Shown: one piece after another, positions 19,325 through 28,911 of the stretch
Layout: each line of letters starts with the position of its first letter
Position numbering within the stretch: position 1 is the first letter of the stretch
Assembly: GCA_934169745.1 (NCBI GenBank)
Contig: CAKPOE010000001.1
Location: forward strand, 200,856 to 264,855
Reading direction: 5' to 3'
DNA from: an uncultured Clostridia bacterium
GTDB lineage: Bacteria; Bacillota; Clostridia; TANB77; UBA1234
Length of the DNA: 64,000 nt
Program-made: the position numbers and the translations under genes
The notes under the pieces: model-generated
Databases searched by the model: none
The model's input: only the letters and a program-made list of their open reading frames with translations
Told to the model about the DNA's origin: nothing

Positions 19325-20032
19325 ATGGAAACAAACATGACTGTTCCACAGCATATTGCAATGATAATGGATGGAAATAGAAGATGGGCAAGAAAAAGAG
19401 GATTACCACCACAATTAGGGCATAATGAAGGTGCGAACACAATGGAAGTAGTGGCTAAGTATTGCGAAAAGATTGGCGTAAAATATATGACAGTCTTTGC
19501 TTTCTCTACAGAAAATTGGAAAAGATCTGAAGAAGAAGTTGACTACTTAATGAAACTTTTAGAGAAGTTTATACGAGACTTTGAGAAAAGGTCAAGTGGC
19601 AGAAACATAAGGATAAAATTAATTGGTGATATTACAAGATTACCAAAAACTCTTCAAGAAGGTATTATAGATATTGAGGAAAAAACAAAGGATAAAACTG
19701 GTTTGACTGTAAATTTGGCTATTAATTATGGCGGAAGAGCCGAGATTACAAATGCAGCTAAAAATATAGCTAAAGATGTTACAGATGGAAAATTGAAGAT
19801 AGAAGATATAGATGACAAACTTGTTGGTACATATATGTATACTGGTGAAATGCCAGATCCAGATTTGGTAATAAGAACTGGTGGTGAAGAACGTTTAAGT
19901 GGGTTCTTACCATGGCAATCCGTATATTCAGAATTTTACTTTACAGAATGTCTATGGCCAGATTTTAAAGAAAAAGAATTAGATAAAGCGATTGTAGAAT
20001 ATAATAGTAGAAAAAGAAACTTTGGAAAATAA
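19325..20032 (+). CDS. uppS: isoprenyl transferase (undecaprenyl-diphosphate synthase)
   Basis: HIAMIMDGNRRWA and AFSTENWKR motifs. Confidence 0.92.
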   Translation: METNMTVPQHIAMIMDGNRRWARKRGLPPQLGHNEGANTMEVVAKYCEKIGVKYMTVFAFSTENWKRSEEEVDYLMKLLEKFIRDFEKRSSGRNIRIKLIGDITRLPKTLQEGIIDIEEKTKDKTGLTVNLAINYGGRAEITNAAKNIAKDVTDGKLKIEDIDDKLVGTYMYTGEMPDPDLVIRTGGEERLSGFLPWQSVYSEFYFTECLWPDFKEKELDKAIVEYNSRKRNFGK

Positions 20033-20045
20033 TTGGAGGTAAGTA

Positions 20046-20846
20046 ATGCTGAAAAGAATTGTGTCAATGATTGTAGGAATTATTATACTAGCTATAGTCA
20101 TGCTTTCAAATAATACTTTTGTATTTAGTCTTGCTGTTACTATTGTGTCTATGATTGGAATTTATGAATTTTACACTGCATTAAAGAAGAAAGGCTTTCA
20201 TCCAGTTGAATGGGTGGGATATCTAGCAACAGCGTTGCTTCTTGCAATTCAGTATATATCAATAGATTCATTGAGGCTTTCATTGACAATGGCAGTACCA
20301 ATATTATTATTGATGACTTTTTTAGTGTCAATAATAAGAAAATTGAAAGTAAATGTTTCTGACATAGCAATAACTATCTTTGGAATAATGTATGTTACTT
20401 ATCTATTTGCTTTCTTGATTTTTACAAGAGAGATGAATAAAGGTGTGTATTATATTTGGTTCATCCTTGGCGGAGCATGGATGACAGATATATTTGCATA
20501 TTTGGTGGGCATAACGATTGGAAAGCACAAGATTTCTGAAATAAGCCCTAAAAAATCAATTGAGGGTTGCATAGGTGGTATAGTTGGTTGCGTATTATTC
20601 TTTGTAGGATATACATATTATTTAAATACTCTTGGATTTGAATTGAATTACATTTTAATGGGAATAATAGGTATTGTGACAAGTGTAATATCGCAAATTG
20701 GAGATTTCGCTGCATCGTCAATAAAGAGATATTGCGAAATAAAAGATTTTGGAAACATTATGCCAGGACACGGTGGTATTTTGGATAGGTTTGATTCAAT
20801 AATATTGATTGCACCATTTATTTATATGTTTTTTAGCATTTTATAA
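20046..20846 (+). CDS. cdsA: phosphatidate cytidylyltransferase
   Basis: 266 aa polytopic membrane protein with C-terminal CdsA signature (SSIKRYCEIKDFGNIMPGHGGILDRFDS). Confidence 0.9.
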   Translation: MLKRIVSMIVGIIILAIVMLSNNTFVFSLAVTIVSMIGIYEFYTALKKKGFHPVEWVGYLATALLLAIQYISIDSLRLSLTMAVPILLLMTFLVSIIRKLKVNVSDIAITIFGIMYVTYLFAFLIFTREMNKGVYYIWFILGGAWMTDIFAYLVGITIGKHKISEISPKKSIEGCIGGIVGCVLFFVGYTYYLNTLGFELNYILMGIIGIVTSVISQIGDFAASSIKRYCEIKDFGNIMPGHGGILDRFDSIILIAPFIYMFFSIL

Positions 20847-20856
20847 GGAGAATAAG

Positions 20857-22104
20857 ATGACGTGGTTGATAGGAATTATTAAAATAATTGTTTTACTTGG
20901 AACATTAGTAACTATACATGAGTTGGGACACTTTTTAGTTGCTAAGGCTTGCAAAGTAAAAGTCCACAAATTTGCAATTGGATTTGGACCAAAAATTTTT
21001 ACAAAACAAAAAGGAGAAACGGAATATACTCTTAGAGTAATTCCGTTTGGCGGTTTTGTGCAATTAGAAGGTGAGGATGAAAGAAGCGAAGATGAGAGGG
21101 CATTTAATAAAAAACCAGTATGGCAGAGAATATTAATAATAATAGCAGGAGCTACAGTTAATATAATATTTGCACTCGTTTTATATTATTTAGTATGTGT
21201 GTCAACTAACGTGTATATTTCATCAATATTAAAAGATGTTGATAATACAAGTGTGGCATATCAACAGGGTTTTAGAAGTGGAGATGAAATTGTTAGCATT
21301 AATGGTAGGCGAACCAAAACTCAAAATCATGTTGTAAATGAGATTAGCAGAAACACATCTGATGAAATGACATTTGTTATAAGAAGAAACAATGAATTAG
21401 AAACTTTGAATGTTACAATTCCAAATACAGAAATTGGAGTTGCAGGAATGGGTTTTGATAAGGATGCTAATATTGTTTATGTTCAAGTAGGAGGAAGTGC
21501 TGAGACTGCTGGAATAGAAGTAGGAGACAAATTGATTTCTATAGATGGTAAAGAAGGACTTGGAATAACAGACTATGTGAATATGATAAAAGAAGCACCA
21601 AATAAAGAGTTGGACATAAAAGTTATTAGAGAAAATGAAGAATTAAGCTATGAAATAACACCATCATCAAAAGTTGTTAGAATTTTTGATGTTAGTTATA
21701 CAGTATTATCTAAACTTAATTTTTTCGACAATTCTTATTATGCAATTGACGAAACAGGATATTATTTTAATGAGACAATTAGGGCTTTTGGGATGCTTAT
21801 AGCTGGAAAAACAAAGGATGCGGAAGTTATGGGACCTGTAGGAATTGCCGGACAAATCACGAAAACGCAAGGATGGGTAGATTTCTTCTATTTAATGTCG
21901 GCAATTAGTTTGAGTTTAGGAATTTTCAATTTGTTACCGGTGCCAGCTTTAGATGGTGGAAAATTATTGTTTTTAATAATCGAAGGAGTTAGAGGAAAGC
22001 CGTTGGAACAAAAGACAGAAATATCTTGGCAATTAGCTGGTTTTGTTATAATAATTGGCTTGGCCATATTTGTAACGATAAAGGATGTAATAAATTTATT
22101 TTAG
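20857..22104 (+). CDS. rseP: RIP metalloprotease RseP (site-2 protease)
   Basis: HELGHFLVAKA zinc motif near the N-terminus, PDZ domain and C-terminal LDGG motif. ATG with RBS AAGGAGAA. Confidence 0.9.
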   Translation: MTWLIGIIKIIVLLGTLVTIHELGHFLVAKACKVKVHKFAIGFGPKIFTKQKGETEYTLRVIPFGGFVQLEGEDERSEDERAFNKKPVWQRILIIIAGATVNIIFALVLYYLVCVSTNVYISSILKDVDNTSVAYQQGFRSGDEIVSINGRRTKTQNHVVNEISRNTSDEMTFVIRRNNELETLNVTIPNTEIGVAGMGFDKDANIVYVQVGGSAETAGIEVGDKLISIDGKEGLGITDYVNMIKEAPNKELDIKVIRENEELSYEITPSSKVVRIFDVSYTVLSKLNFFDNSYYAIDETGYYFNETIRAFGMLIAGKTKDAEVMGPVGIAGQITKTQGWVDFFYLMSAISLSLGIFNLLPVPALDGGKLLFLIIEGVRGKPLEQKTEISWQLAGFVIIIGLAIFVTIKDVINLF

Positions 22105-22120
22105 TATGGGAGTTGAAAGT

Positions 22121-23237
22121 ATGATAGAGCTTGATGAGGCGAAGCAAAAGATGAAAGAGATGGAGAAAAAACTTATAGAATTGGGTGAATCTCTTTGACA
22201 TTGATAAAAAAGAGCAAAAATTAAAAGAATTAGAAGAAATGACAAACCATACAGAATTTTGGAATGATCAAGAAAATAGTAAAAAAGTGTTACAGGAAAT
22301 TAAAGTTTTAAAAGATAAACTTTTGAGCTATAATTCTGTGAGGAAAGAAATGGATGATACGAATGTATTGATAGAACTTGGAGAAGAGGAAAATGATGAG
22401 ACTATCATTCCAGAAGTAAAGCATTCTGTAAAAGAATTATCAAAGAATTTAGAAAAAATAGAAATTGATAATTTATTATCTAACAGACATGATAATAGTA
22501 ATGCAATTATAACAATTCATCCAGGAGCCGGTGGCACAGAGTCACAAGATTGGGCGCAAATGTTATATAGAATGTATTCTATGTGGGCTGAAAAGAATCA
22601 TTATAAGATTGAAGAATTGGATTATTTAGATGGGGATGTAGCTGGAATAAAAAGTGTTACATTTAGTGTGTCAGGAAGAAATGCGTATGGCTATTTGAAA
22701 GGCGAGAGCGGGGTACATAGACTTGTAAGAATTTCACCTTTTGATGCAGGTGGCCGAAGACATACTTCATTTGCATCTGTGGAGGTTATACCTGAAATAG
22801 ATGATGATGTCCAAGTTGATATTGATCCTAACGATTTGAGAATAGATACGTATCGTTCTAGCGGTGCGGGTGGACAACACATCAATAAGACGGAATCAGC
22901 AATAAGAATTACGCATATTCCTACTAACATTGTCGTATCATGCCAAACTCAACGCTCGCAAATTCAAAATAGGGAAACGGCCATGAAAATGCTTATATCT
23001 AAGCTTATGGAATTAAAAGAGAAAGAGAATAAAGAGAAGATTGAAGATTTAAAAGGTGTTCAAAGAGAAATAGCATGGGGAAGCCAGATTAGATCTTATG
23101 TATTTTGTCCATATACTCTTGTGAAAGATCACAGAACTAACTTTGAAACAGGCAATGTTCAGGCAGTTATGGATGGAGAGCTAAATGATTTTATAGATGC
23201 ATATTTGAAAATGAATATTAAAAAAGCGGAAAACTAA
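22121..23237 (+). CDS. prfB: peptide chain release factor 2, with programmed +1 ribosomal frameshift
   Basis: Frame 0 ORF MIELDEAKQKMKEMEKKLIELGESL ends at the canonical shift site CTT TGA C (22193-22199), with an SD-like GGGTGA 5 nt upstream. The +1 frame continues as DIDKKEQ... through the GGQ motif (SSGAGGQHINKT) to 23237. Confidence 0.9.
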
Positions 23238-23255
23238 CTGTTTTCCGCTTTATAA
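23220..23255 (+). terminator. rho-independent terminator of prfB
   Basis: aaagcggaaaac-taact-gttttccgcttt followed by a T-rich tail. Confidence 0.65.
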
Positions 23256-23573
23256 AAAGTAAAATACACACACTAAACCAACTAGTATGTGTACTTTACT
23301 TCGATGACTCTACCATATAAGCTCCTTCAATATATTTTTCTAACTTCGATACACATATAACCTTTCATGCTTCACAGGAATCTTCTCCTCAGCTTACTTA
23401 GTTAAACACCTCAATATGTGTGGAACATCTTCCATCACTATTGGATATAAATATCTAGTTAGATTGTATTTATTATAGCAGAGTTAACATAAAAAGTCAA
23501 GAGATTTAAAAAAATTAATATAAAGTATTGCAAAAGAAAATCTAATATGCTACACTTAATGAGTATCGAAAAT

Positions 23574-23647
23574 AGGGGTGTAGTTCATCGGTAGAATAAG
23601 AGTCTCCAAAACTCCAGAGGAGGGTTCGATTCCTTCCACCCCTGCCA
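23574..23647 (+). tRNA. tRNA-Trp (anticodon CCA)
   Basis: AGGGGTGTAGTTCATCGGTAGAAT...CTCCAAA...GGGTTCGATTCCTTCCACCCCTGCCA. Cloverleaf folds with a 7-bp acceptor, TPsiC arm GGTTCGATTCC and encoded CCA. It closely resembles Firmicute tRNA-Trp. Terminator hairpin at 23650-23682. Confidence 0.85.
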
Positions 23648-23781
23648 TAGTCTTATCACATGCGTGATAGGACTTTTTTTATGCACTTTCATATGGTGTT
23701 CGTATTGACTATTTTGCACTTTAGGTGTAAAATATAGCAGTAAAAAGCAAGTGGAAACACTTAAAGGAGGAAATTTTATAT

Positions 23782-24183
23782 ATGCCAGTGCAAGTAGGCG
23801 AAATTGTAGAAGGAAAAGTAACAGATATAATGGACTATGGAGTTTTTGTTAAACTAGCAGATAACAAAAGTGGCTTGGTTCATATATCAGAAGTATCGAG
23901 AGAGTATGTACAAGACATACATACTGTACTAAATGTCGGAGATACAGTAAAAGTAAAAGTTTTAGCAATTGATGAAAAAGGAAAAATATCGCTTTCAATA
24001 AAAAAGGCTCTTCCTAGAGAGGAAAGACGCCCAAGACAAAATAATGATTTTCAACCGAAAAAACCATCTGAGCCATTAACATTAGATGATATGCTTTCTA
24101 AATTTATGAAAGATAGCGATGAAAGACAGTTGGACTTAAAAAGAAATATAGAAGGAAAAAGAGGTTCTTCTAGAAAGAGATAA
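23782..24183 (+). CDS. S1 RNA-binding domain protein (YabR/GSP13-like)
   Basis: EIVEGKVTDIMDYGVFVKLADNKSGLVHISEV... is an S1 domain with a basic C-terminal tail. Confidence 0.75.
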   Translation: MPVQVGEIVEGKVTDIMDYGVFVKLADNKSGLVHISEVSREYVQDIHTVLNVGDTVKVKVLAIDEKGKISLSIKKALPREERRPRQNNDFQPKKPSEPLTLDDMLSKFMKDSDERQLDLKRNIEGKRGSSRKR

Positions 24184-24412
24184 ATACGTAAAATTGAAAT
24201 AAACACTGTAGGGTGGCATCATCCATAGTGACCTCTACGGTGTTTATTTATAAGTTTTTGCAAGTTGGTGCAACACACAGTGTCCGCGTATTATAAAAAT
24301 TTGTGACAAAAGTAGTGGAAAATCTTTGATTTATAGCTTTGTTGAGTGTCTAGTATTTTTATTCTGTTTTAAAATTACCCATTAAATTTGAATAATAAAG
24401 GAGAGATTTTTT

Positions 24413-25708
24413 TTGGATGAATTAAATCAGTTGTCACTTGTTGAACTTAAGCAATTGGCAAAGCAAAAAGAAATTAAAAATCATTCTAAAATGAACAAAA
24501 ATGAACTTATTGATGCCATTTTAGAATTGTATAAAGAAAATGATAAAGGCTCTGAAAAAACTAAAGGAGAAGCTGAAATATTGCCAAATAATAAGGATGA
24601 TTTCTATGTTGAAGGCGTTTTGGAGGTTTTATCAGACGGATACGGCTTTATTAGAGGCGATAATTATCTTTCAACGCCAAAAGATATATATGTTTCACCG
24701 GTTCAAATACGAAGATTTAGGTTAGATACAGGTGATAAATTAAAAGGTATTGGAAGAATGGCAAAAGAGGGCGAAAAGTTTCCTGCTCTAATATATGTTA
24801 ATTCGGTAAATGGTGATAGTCCAGAGGTAGCAATGAAGAGAAAAAGCTTCGATGACTTGACACCTATATTTCCAAATAAGAGAATGCATTTGGAGTCTAA
24901 TCCATCAGAGTATTCAATGAGACTTTTAGACTTGATTGCACCAATTGGTTTTGGACAAAGAGGAATGATTGTTGCTGCACCAAAAGTTGGTAAAACTACC
25001 ATGTTAAAGCAACTTGCTAACAGTATTACATCAAACCATCCTAATGTTGAATTAATCGTTTTGTTGATTGATGAACGACCTGAGGAAGTAACTGATATGA
25101 AGCGTTCAATTAGAGGGGATGTCATTTATTCTACTTTTGACGAACTACCAGAACATCATACAAAAGTTGCAGAAATCGTGCTAGAGAGAGCAAAGAGACT
25201 TGCAGAACATAAAAAAGATGTAGTAATATTATTAGACAGCATAACCAGACTTGCTAGAGCATATAACTTAACAATACCATCATCTGGTAGAACTTTATCT
25301 GGTGGATTTGACCCAGCAGCATTACATAAGCCAAAAAGATTCTTTGGAGCAGCAAGAAATATCGAGGAAGGTGGAAGTATAACAATTCTGGCTACTGCGC
25401 TAGTTGAAACAGGAAGTAGAATGGATGAAGTTATATTTGAAGAGTTCAAAGGTACTGGTAATATGGAAGTTTACCTAGATAGAAAACTTTCAGAGAAGAG
25501 AATATTCCCAGCGATTGATTTAAATAAATCTGGAACAAGAAGGGAAGATTTACTTCTTACACCTAAAGAACTGGAAGCAGTTACAAAAATTAGAAAAGCA
25601 TTTAGTGATGTTAATACATCAAGTGTAACAGATATGCTAATAAAACAAATAACGTCAACTAAAACAAATCAAGAATTTGTTGACAAAATACTTAAAATGA
25701 GCCTATAG
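24413..25708 (+). CDS. rho: transcription termination factor Rho
   Basis: 431 aa with N-terminal Rho_N domain, CSD-like RNA-binding domain and RecA-like ATPase (AAPKVGKTTML). Confidence 0.93.
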   Translation: MDELNQLSLVELKQLAKQKEIKNHSKMNKNELIDAILELYKENDKGSEKTKGEAEILPNNKDDFYVEGVLEVLSDGYGFIRGDNYLSTPKDIYVSPVQIRRFRLDTGDKLKGIGRMAKEGEKFPALIYVNSVNGDSPEVAMKRKSFDDLTPIFPNKRMHLESNPSEYSMRLLDLIAPIGFGQRGMIVAAPKVGKTTMLKQLANSITSNHPNVELIVLLIDERPEEVTDMKRSIRGDVIYSTFDELPEHHTKVAEIVLERAKRLAEHKKDVVILLDSITRLARAYNLTIPSSGRTLSGGFDPAALHKPKRFFGAARNIEEGGSITILATALVETGSRMDEVIFEEFKGTGNMEVYLDRKLSEKRIFPAIDLNKSGTRREDLLLTPKELEAVTKIRKAFSDVNTSSVTDMLIKQITSTKTNQEFVDKILKMSL

Positions 25709-25775
25709 GTATTGAAAAATAATGTATTATGTTATAAAATACCAAGGTAACGAAAAAATGGAAGGGGTTTTAAAA

Positions 25776-26333
25776 ATGATAAGTGCAGGAGATTTTAGAA
25801 ATGGAGTTACATTTGACTTGGATGGTCAAGTGTTTAGAGTTGTAGAATTTCAACATGTTAAACCAGGAAAAGGAGCTGCATTCGTTAGAACAAAGTTAAA
25901 GAATGTTATTACAGGTGCTGTTTTGGAAAGAACATTTAATCCTACTGAAAAAGTGCAAGAAGCACAAATTGATAGAAAAGAAATGCAATATCTTTATAAT
26001 GATGGAGATACATATTATTTTATGGATAATGAGACATATGAGCAATTACCACTTAGCAAAGATGAATTAGGCGATACATTAAATTATTTACTAGATAATA
26101 TGAATATTAAAGTACTTTCATATAAAGGTAAAGTATTTGGTGTTGAACCTCCAATGTTTGTTGAATTGGAAGTTACATACACAGAACCAGGTTTTAAGGG
26201 TGATACATCAACAGGTGCAAGCAAACCAGCTACTCTAGAAACAGGATATCAAGTAAATGTTCCTTTATTTGTTGAAATCGGAAATAAAGTTCGTATTGAT
26301 ACACGTACAGGCGAATATATGGAAAGAGTATAA
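25776..26333 (+). CDS. efp: elongation factor P
   Basis: 185 aa; [41 protein letters not shown] includes the KPGKG loop. The ORF-track start at 25722 lacks an RBS. Confidence 0.93.
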   Translation: MISAGDFRNGVTFDLDGQVFRVVEFQHVKPGKGAAFVRTKLKNVITGAVLERTFNPTEKVQEAQIDRKEMQYLYNDGDTYYFMDNETYEQLPLSKDELGDTLNYLLDNMNIKVLSYKGKVFGVEPPMFVELEVTYTEPGFKGDTSTGASKPATLETGYQVNVPLFVEIGNKVRIDTRTGEYMERV

Positions 26334-26345
26334 AGGAGGACATAT

Positions 26346-26783
26346 ATGTCAGAATTAAAAGATAAGTTAACAGAGCAAGTAACTAAGATAAGTGAAGCGG
26401 TTTCTGATGAAAAAGAAAAAGCAAATGTACTTAGTGCTGTAAAAGATATGGTTCAAACTTTTACTGAACACGTTATTGTTCTAAGTGAAAAACAAATAGA
26501 ACTAGAGAAGAGAGTAGAAGAAGTGTTTGATGTATTATCATCAATAGAAGAAGAAATGATATCTAGCTTTGGAGAAGACTTACAAGGAGAATGTCCATAC
26601 TGCGGAGAAACAATACCACTTATATTACCAAATGAGGATGCAGAGGAAATCGAATGTCCTAAATGTCATAATATGATTGAATTAGAAATGATGTTGGATG
26701 AACATGATGGCTGTTGTGGATGCGATTGTGATGATTGCCATCACGATTGCTGCGATGATGAAGACAAGAACGACAAAGAATAA
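26346..26783 (+). CDS. hypothetical zinc-ribbon protein with Cys/His/Asp-rich C-terminal tail
   Basis: CPYCGE...CPKCH zinc ribbon followed by DGCCGCDCDDCHHDCCDDEDKNDKE. Confidence 0.5.
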   Translation: MSELKDKLTEQVTKISEAVSDEKEKANVLSAVKDMVQTFTEHVIVLSEKQIELEKRVEEVFDVLSSIEEEMISSFGEDLQGECPYCGETIPLILPNEDAEEIECPKCHNMIELEMMLDEHDGCCGCDCDDCHHDCCDDEDKNDKE

Positions 26784-26793
26784 AGTGTAAATG

Positions 26794-26822
26794 AAAAGAG
26801 ATTACTTATAAAGTAATCTCTT
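26794..26822. terminator. bidirectional terminator between the convergent 26346 gene and glmM
   Basis: aaagagattactt-ataa-agtaatctcttt flanked by A- and T-runs. Confidence 0.65.
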
Positions 26823-26858
26823 TTCATATGTGTTAGTAAAAGGTAGATGTTTATGTAA

Positions 26859-28211
26859 TTATAGTTTTCCTAATTCTTTTTCTATTACTTCAACGACTTT
26901 GTTTGCCACTTCGTTCATAAGTTCTTCGTTAAAACATTCTACCATGACTCTTATTTTTGGCTCAGTTCCTGACGGTCTTACAATTATTCGCCCAGAATCT
27001 ATTAATTTTTCTTTTGCTCTATCAATAATTTCTTTTACTTTTTCATTAGTATAAAATTGTACTTTCCCTTCTTGGCTAACGGTTACATTTATTGAAACTT
27101 GGGGATATTTTTTCATAATGTTTGCAAGTTCTGAAATTTTTTTCTTTGTTCTTTTTATAAGGCTTAACACTTGAATGGCAGTTAGTTCTCCATCACCAGT
27201 TGTAGCATAATCTCTAAATATGATGTGTCCGGATTGTTCGCCACCTAAGTTATATTCTTCCAAAAGCATTTCTTCAAGTACATATCTATCTCCAACTTTA
27301 GTTGCAATAAAGTTTATATCATTTGCTTCACAAAATTTTACAAAGCCTAGGTTTGTGAGAATTGTGCCGATTACAGTGGATTTCGAGAGCTTTCCTCTTT
27401 CTTTCATATCTGCAGCACACATCGCAATTATTTGGTCGCCGTCAATAATGTTTCCATTTTCATCAACACATAAACATCTATCAGCGTCACCGTCAAATGC
27501 AATTCCTATATCCATTTTATTTTCTTTTACATATTTGATTAGATTTTCTAAGTGCGTTGAGCCACAGTTATCATTTATATTAATTCCGTTTGGTTCATCA
27601 TAAAGAATAGAAGCTTCGGCACCTAATTGTTCCATTAGTGATTTGGCAGTGTAACTTGCTGAACCATTTGCACAGTCGATTGCTATTTTTATTCCGTTCA
27701 ACGAGTATGGCACAGTACTTTTTAAGTGTTCAATGTAATATTTTATTGCAGTATTTACGTATGTAACATTGCCAACGCTTACTCCTTCAACAGTTTTAAT
27801 TTCTTTTATATTTTCTATTATACTTTCGATTTCATCTTCTAAGACATCGGGGAGTTTGTATCCATCTCCACTAAATATTTTTATTCCATTATATTCGAAT
27901 GAATTGTGTGAAGCTGAAATCATTATTCCAGCGTCGGCTTTGTATTTTTCTATTAAATAAGCAACTGCTGGAGTGGGAACTACTCCCAAAATTAAAACGT
28001 CGGCACCAACACTACAAAGGCCAGCTGTAATTGCAGAGGATAGCATTTCGGATGAAATACGTGTGTCCATTCCGATGACAAAGAGTGGCTTTCTTCTGGC
28101 TTTGCTAGAAAGTACCATAGCAGCAGCTCTTCCGAGTTTTAGTGCAAGTTCACATGATAATGAAGAGTTTGCTATTCCTCTTATACCATCCGTTCCAAAT
28201 AATCTTCCCAT
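26859..28211 (-). CDS. glmM: phosphoglucosamine mutase
   Basis: 450 aa; GTDGIRG N-terminus and active-site Ser loop ISASHNSFEYNGIK. Confidence 0.9.
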   Translation of the reverse strand: MGRLFGTDGIRGIANSSLSCELALKLGRAAAMVLSSKARRKPLFVIGMDTRISSEMLSSAITAGLCSVGADVLILGVVPTPAVAYLIEKYKADAGIMISASHNSFEYNGIKIFSGDGYKLPDVLEDEIESIIENIKEIKTVEGVSVGNVTYVNTAIKYYIEHLKSTVPYSLNGIKIAIDCANGSASYTAKSLMEQLGAEASILYDEPNGININDNCGSTHLENLIKYVKENKMDIGIAFDGDADRCLCVDENGNIIDGDQIIAMCAADMKERGKLSKSTVIGTILTNLGFVKFCEANDINFIATKVGDRYVLEEMLLEEYNLGGEQSGHIIFRDYATTGDGELTAIQVLSLIKRTKKKISELANIMKKYPQVSINVTVSQEGKVQFYTNEKVKEIIDRAKEKLIDSGRIIVRPSGTEPKIRVMVECFNEELMNEVANKVVEVIEKELGKL

Positions 28212-28212
28212 T

Positions 28213-28911
28213 TTATACCTCCTGATTTCTTTTTTCTATAATATTGTTTTCGTTTTTGAAAATGCAATTTGGTGGAATTACACCTCTTACTCTGGATATG
28301 GGGTATATATTGGTTCCTTTGCCAATAACACACCCAGGACAAAGGACACTGTTACAGCCAATTTCAACATTGTCACCAATAAAAGCTCCCACTTTTTTAA
28401 TTCCGGTTTCAATCTTCGTATTAAAGTTTTTTATTGTCACCAATGTTTTATCACTTTTAACATTGCTTGTAATTGCACCTGCACCCATGTGTGCCTTGAA
28501 CCCTAAAATAGAATCTCCAACATAATTATAATGAGGAACTTGAACGTTATCAAATAAGATTACATTTTTTAATTCTGTTGAGTTTCCAATAACGCAGTTT
28601 TTGCCAATTATTGCATTTCCGCGAATAAAGGCACAATGCCTGATTTCAGCATTATGATCGATTATACAAGGTCCATTGATATATGCACTTGTAGATATTG
28701 TTGCACTTTTTGAAATCCAAACATTTTCTTTGGGTTGATAATATTCTTCGAGAGACAAAGTGTTTCCAAATTCTAAAATAAATTCTTTGATTTTTGGCAA
28801 TGCTTGCCAAGGATACTCTAAATCCTTAAAAATATCTTTAGCTATTGTCTTATTCAAATCATATAACGCATTAACCTTGACGTTTTCCATGGTTAACTCC
28901 TTTCTACTCAA
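28213..28911 (-). CDS. left-handed beta-helix (hexapeptide-repeat) acyltransferase, GlmU C-terminal-domain-like
   Basis: 232 aa. Repeated [LIV]-G-x-x-x-x hexapeptides (IGKNCVIGNSTELKNVILFDNVQV...IGDNVEIGCNSVLCPGCVIGKGTNI). Sits between glmS and glmM with overlapping or abutting stops. Confidence 0.6.
   Translation of the reverse strand: MSRKELTMENVKVNALYDLNKTIAKDIFKDLEYPWQALPKIKEFILEFGNTLSLEEYYQPKENVWISKSATISTSAYINGPCIIDHNAEIRHCAFIRGNAIIGKNCVIGNSTELKNVILFDNVQVPHYNYVGDSILGFKAHMGAGAITSNVKSDKTLVTIKNFNTKIETGIKKVGAFIGDNVEIGCNSVLCPGCVIGKGTNIYPISRVRGVIPPNCIFKNENNIIEKRNQEV

Noticed and set aside
25722-25775. Extended efp start at 25722
   Set aside because: EF-P is 185 aa beginning MISAGDF. The upstream extension has no RBS.
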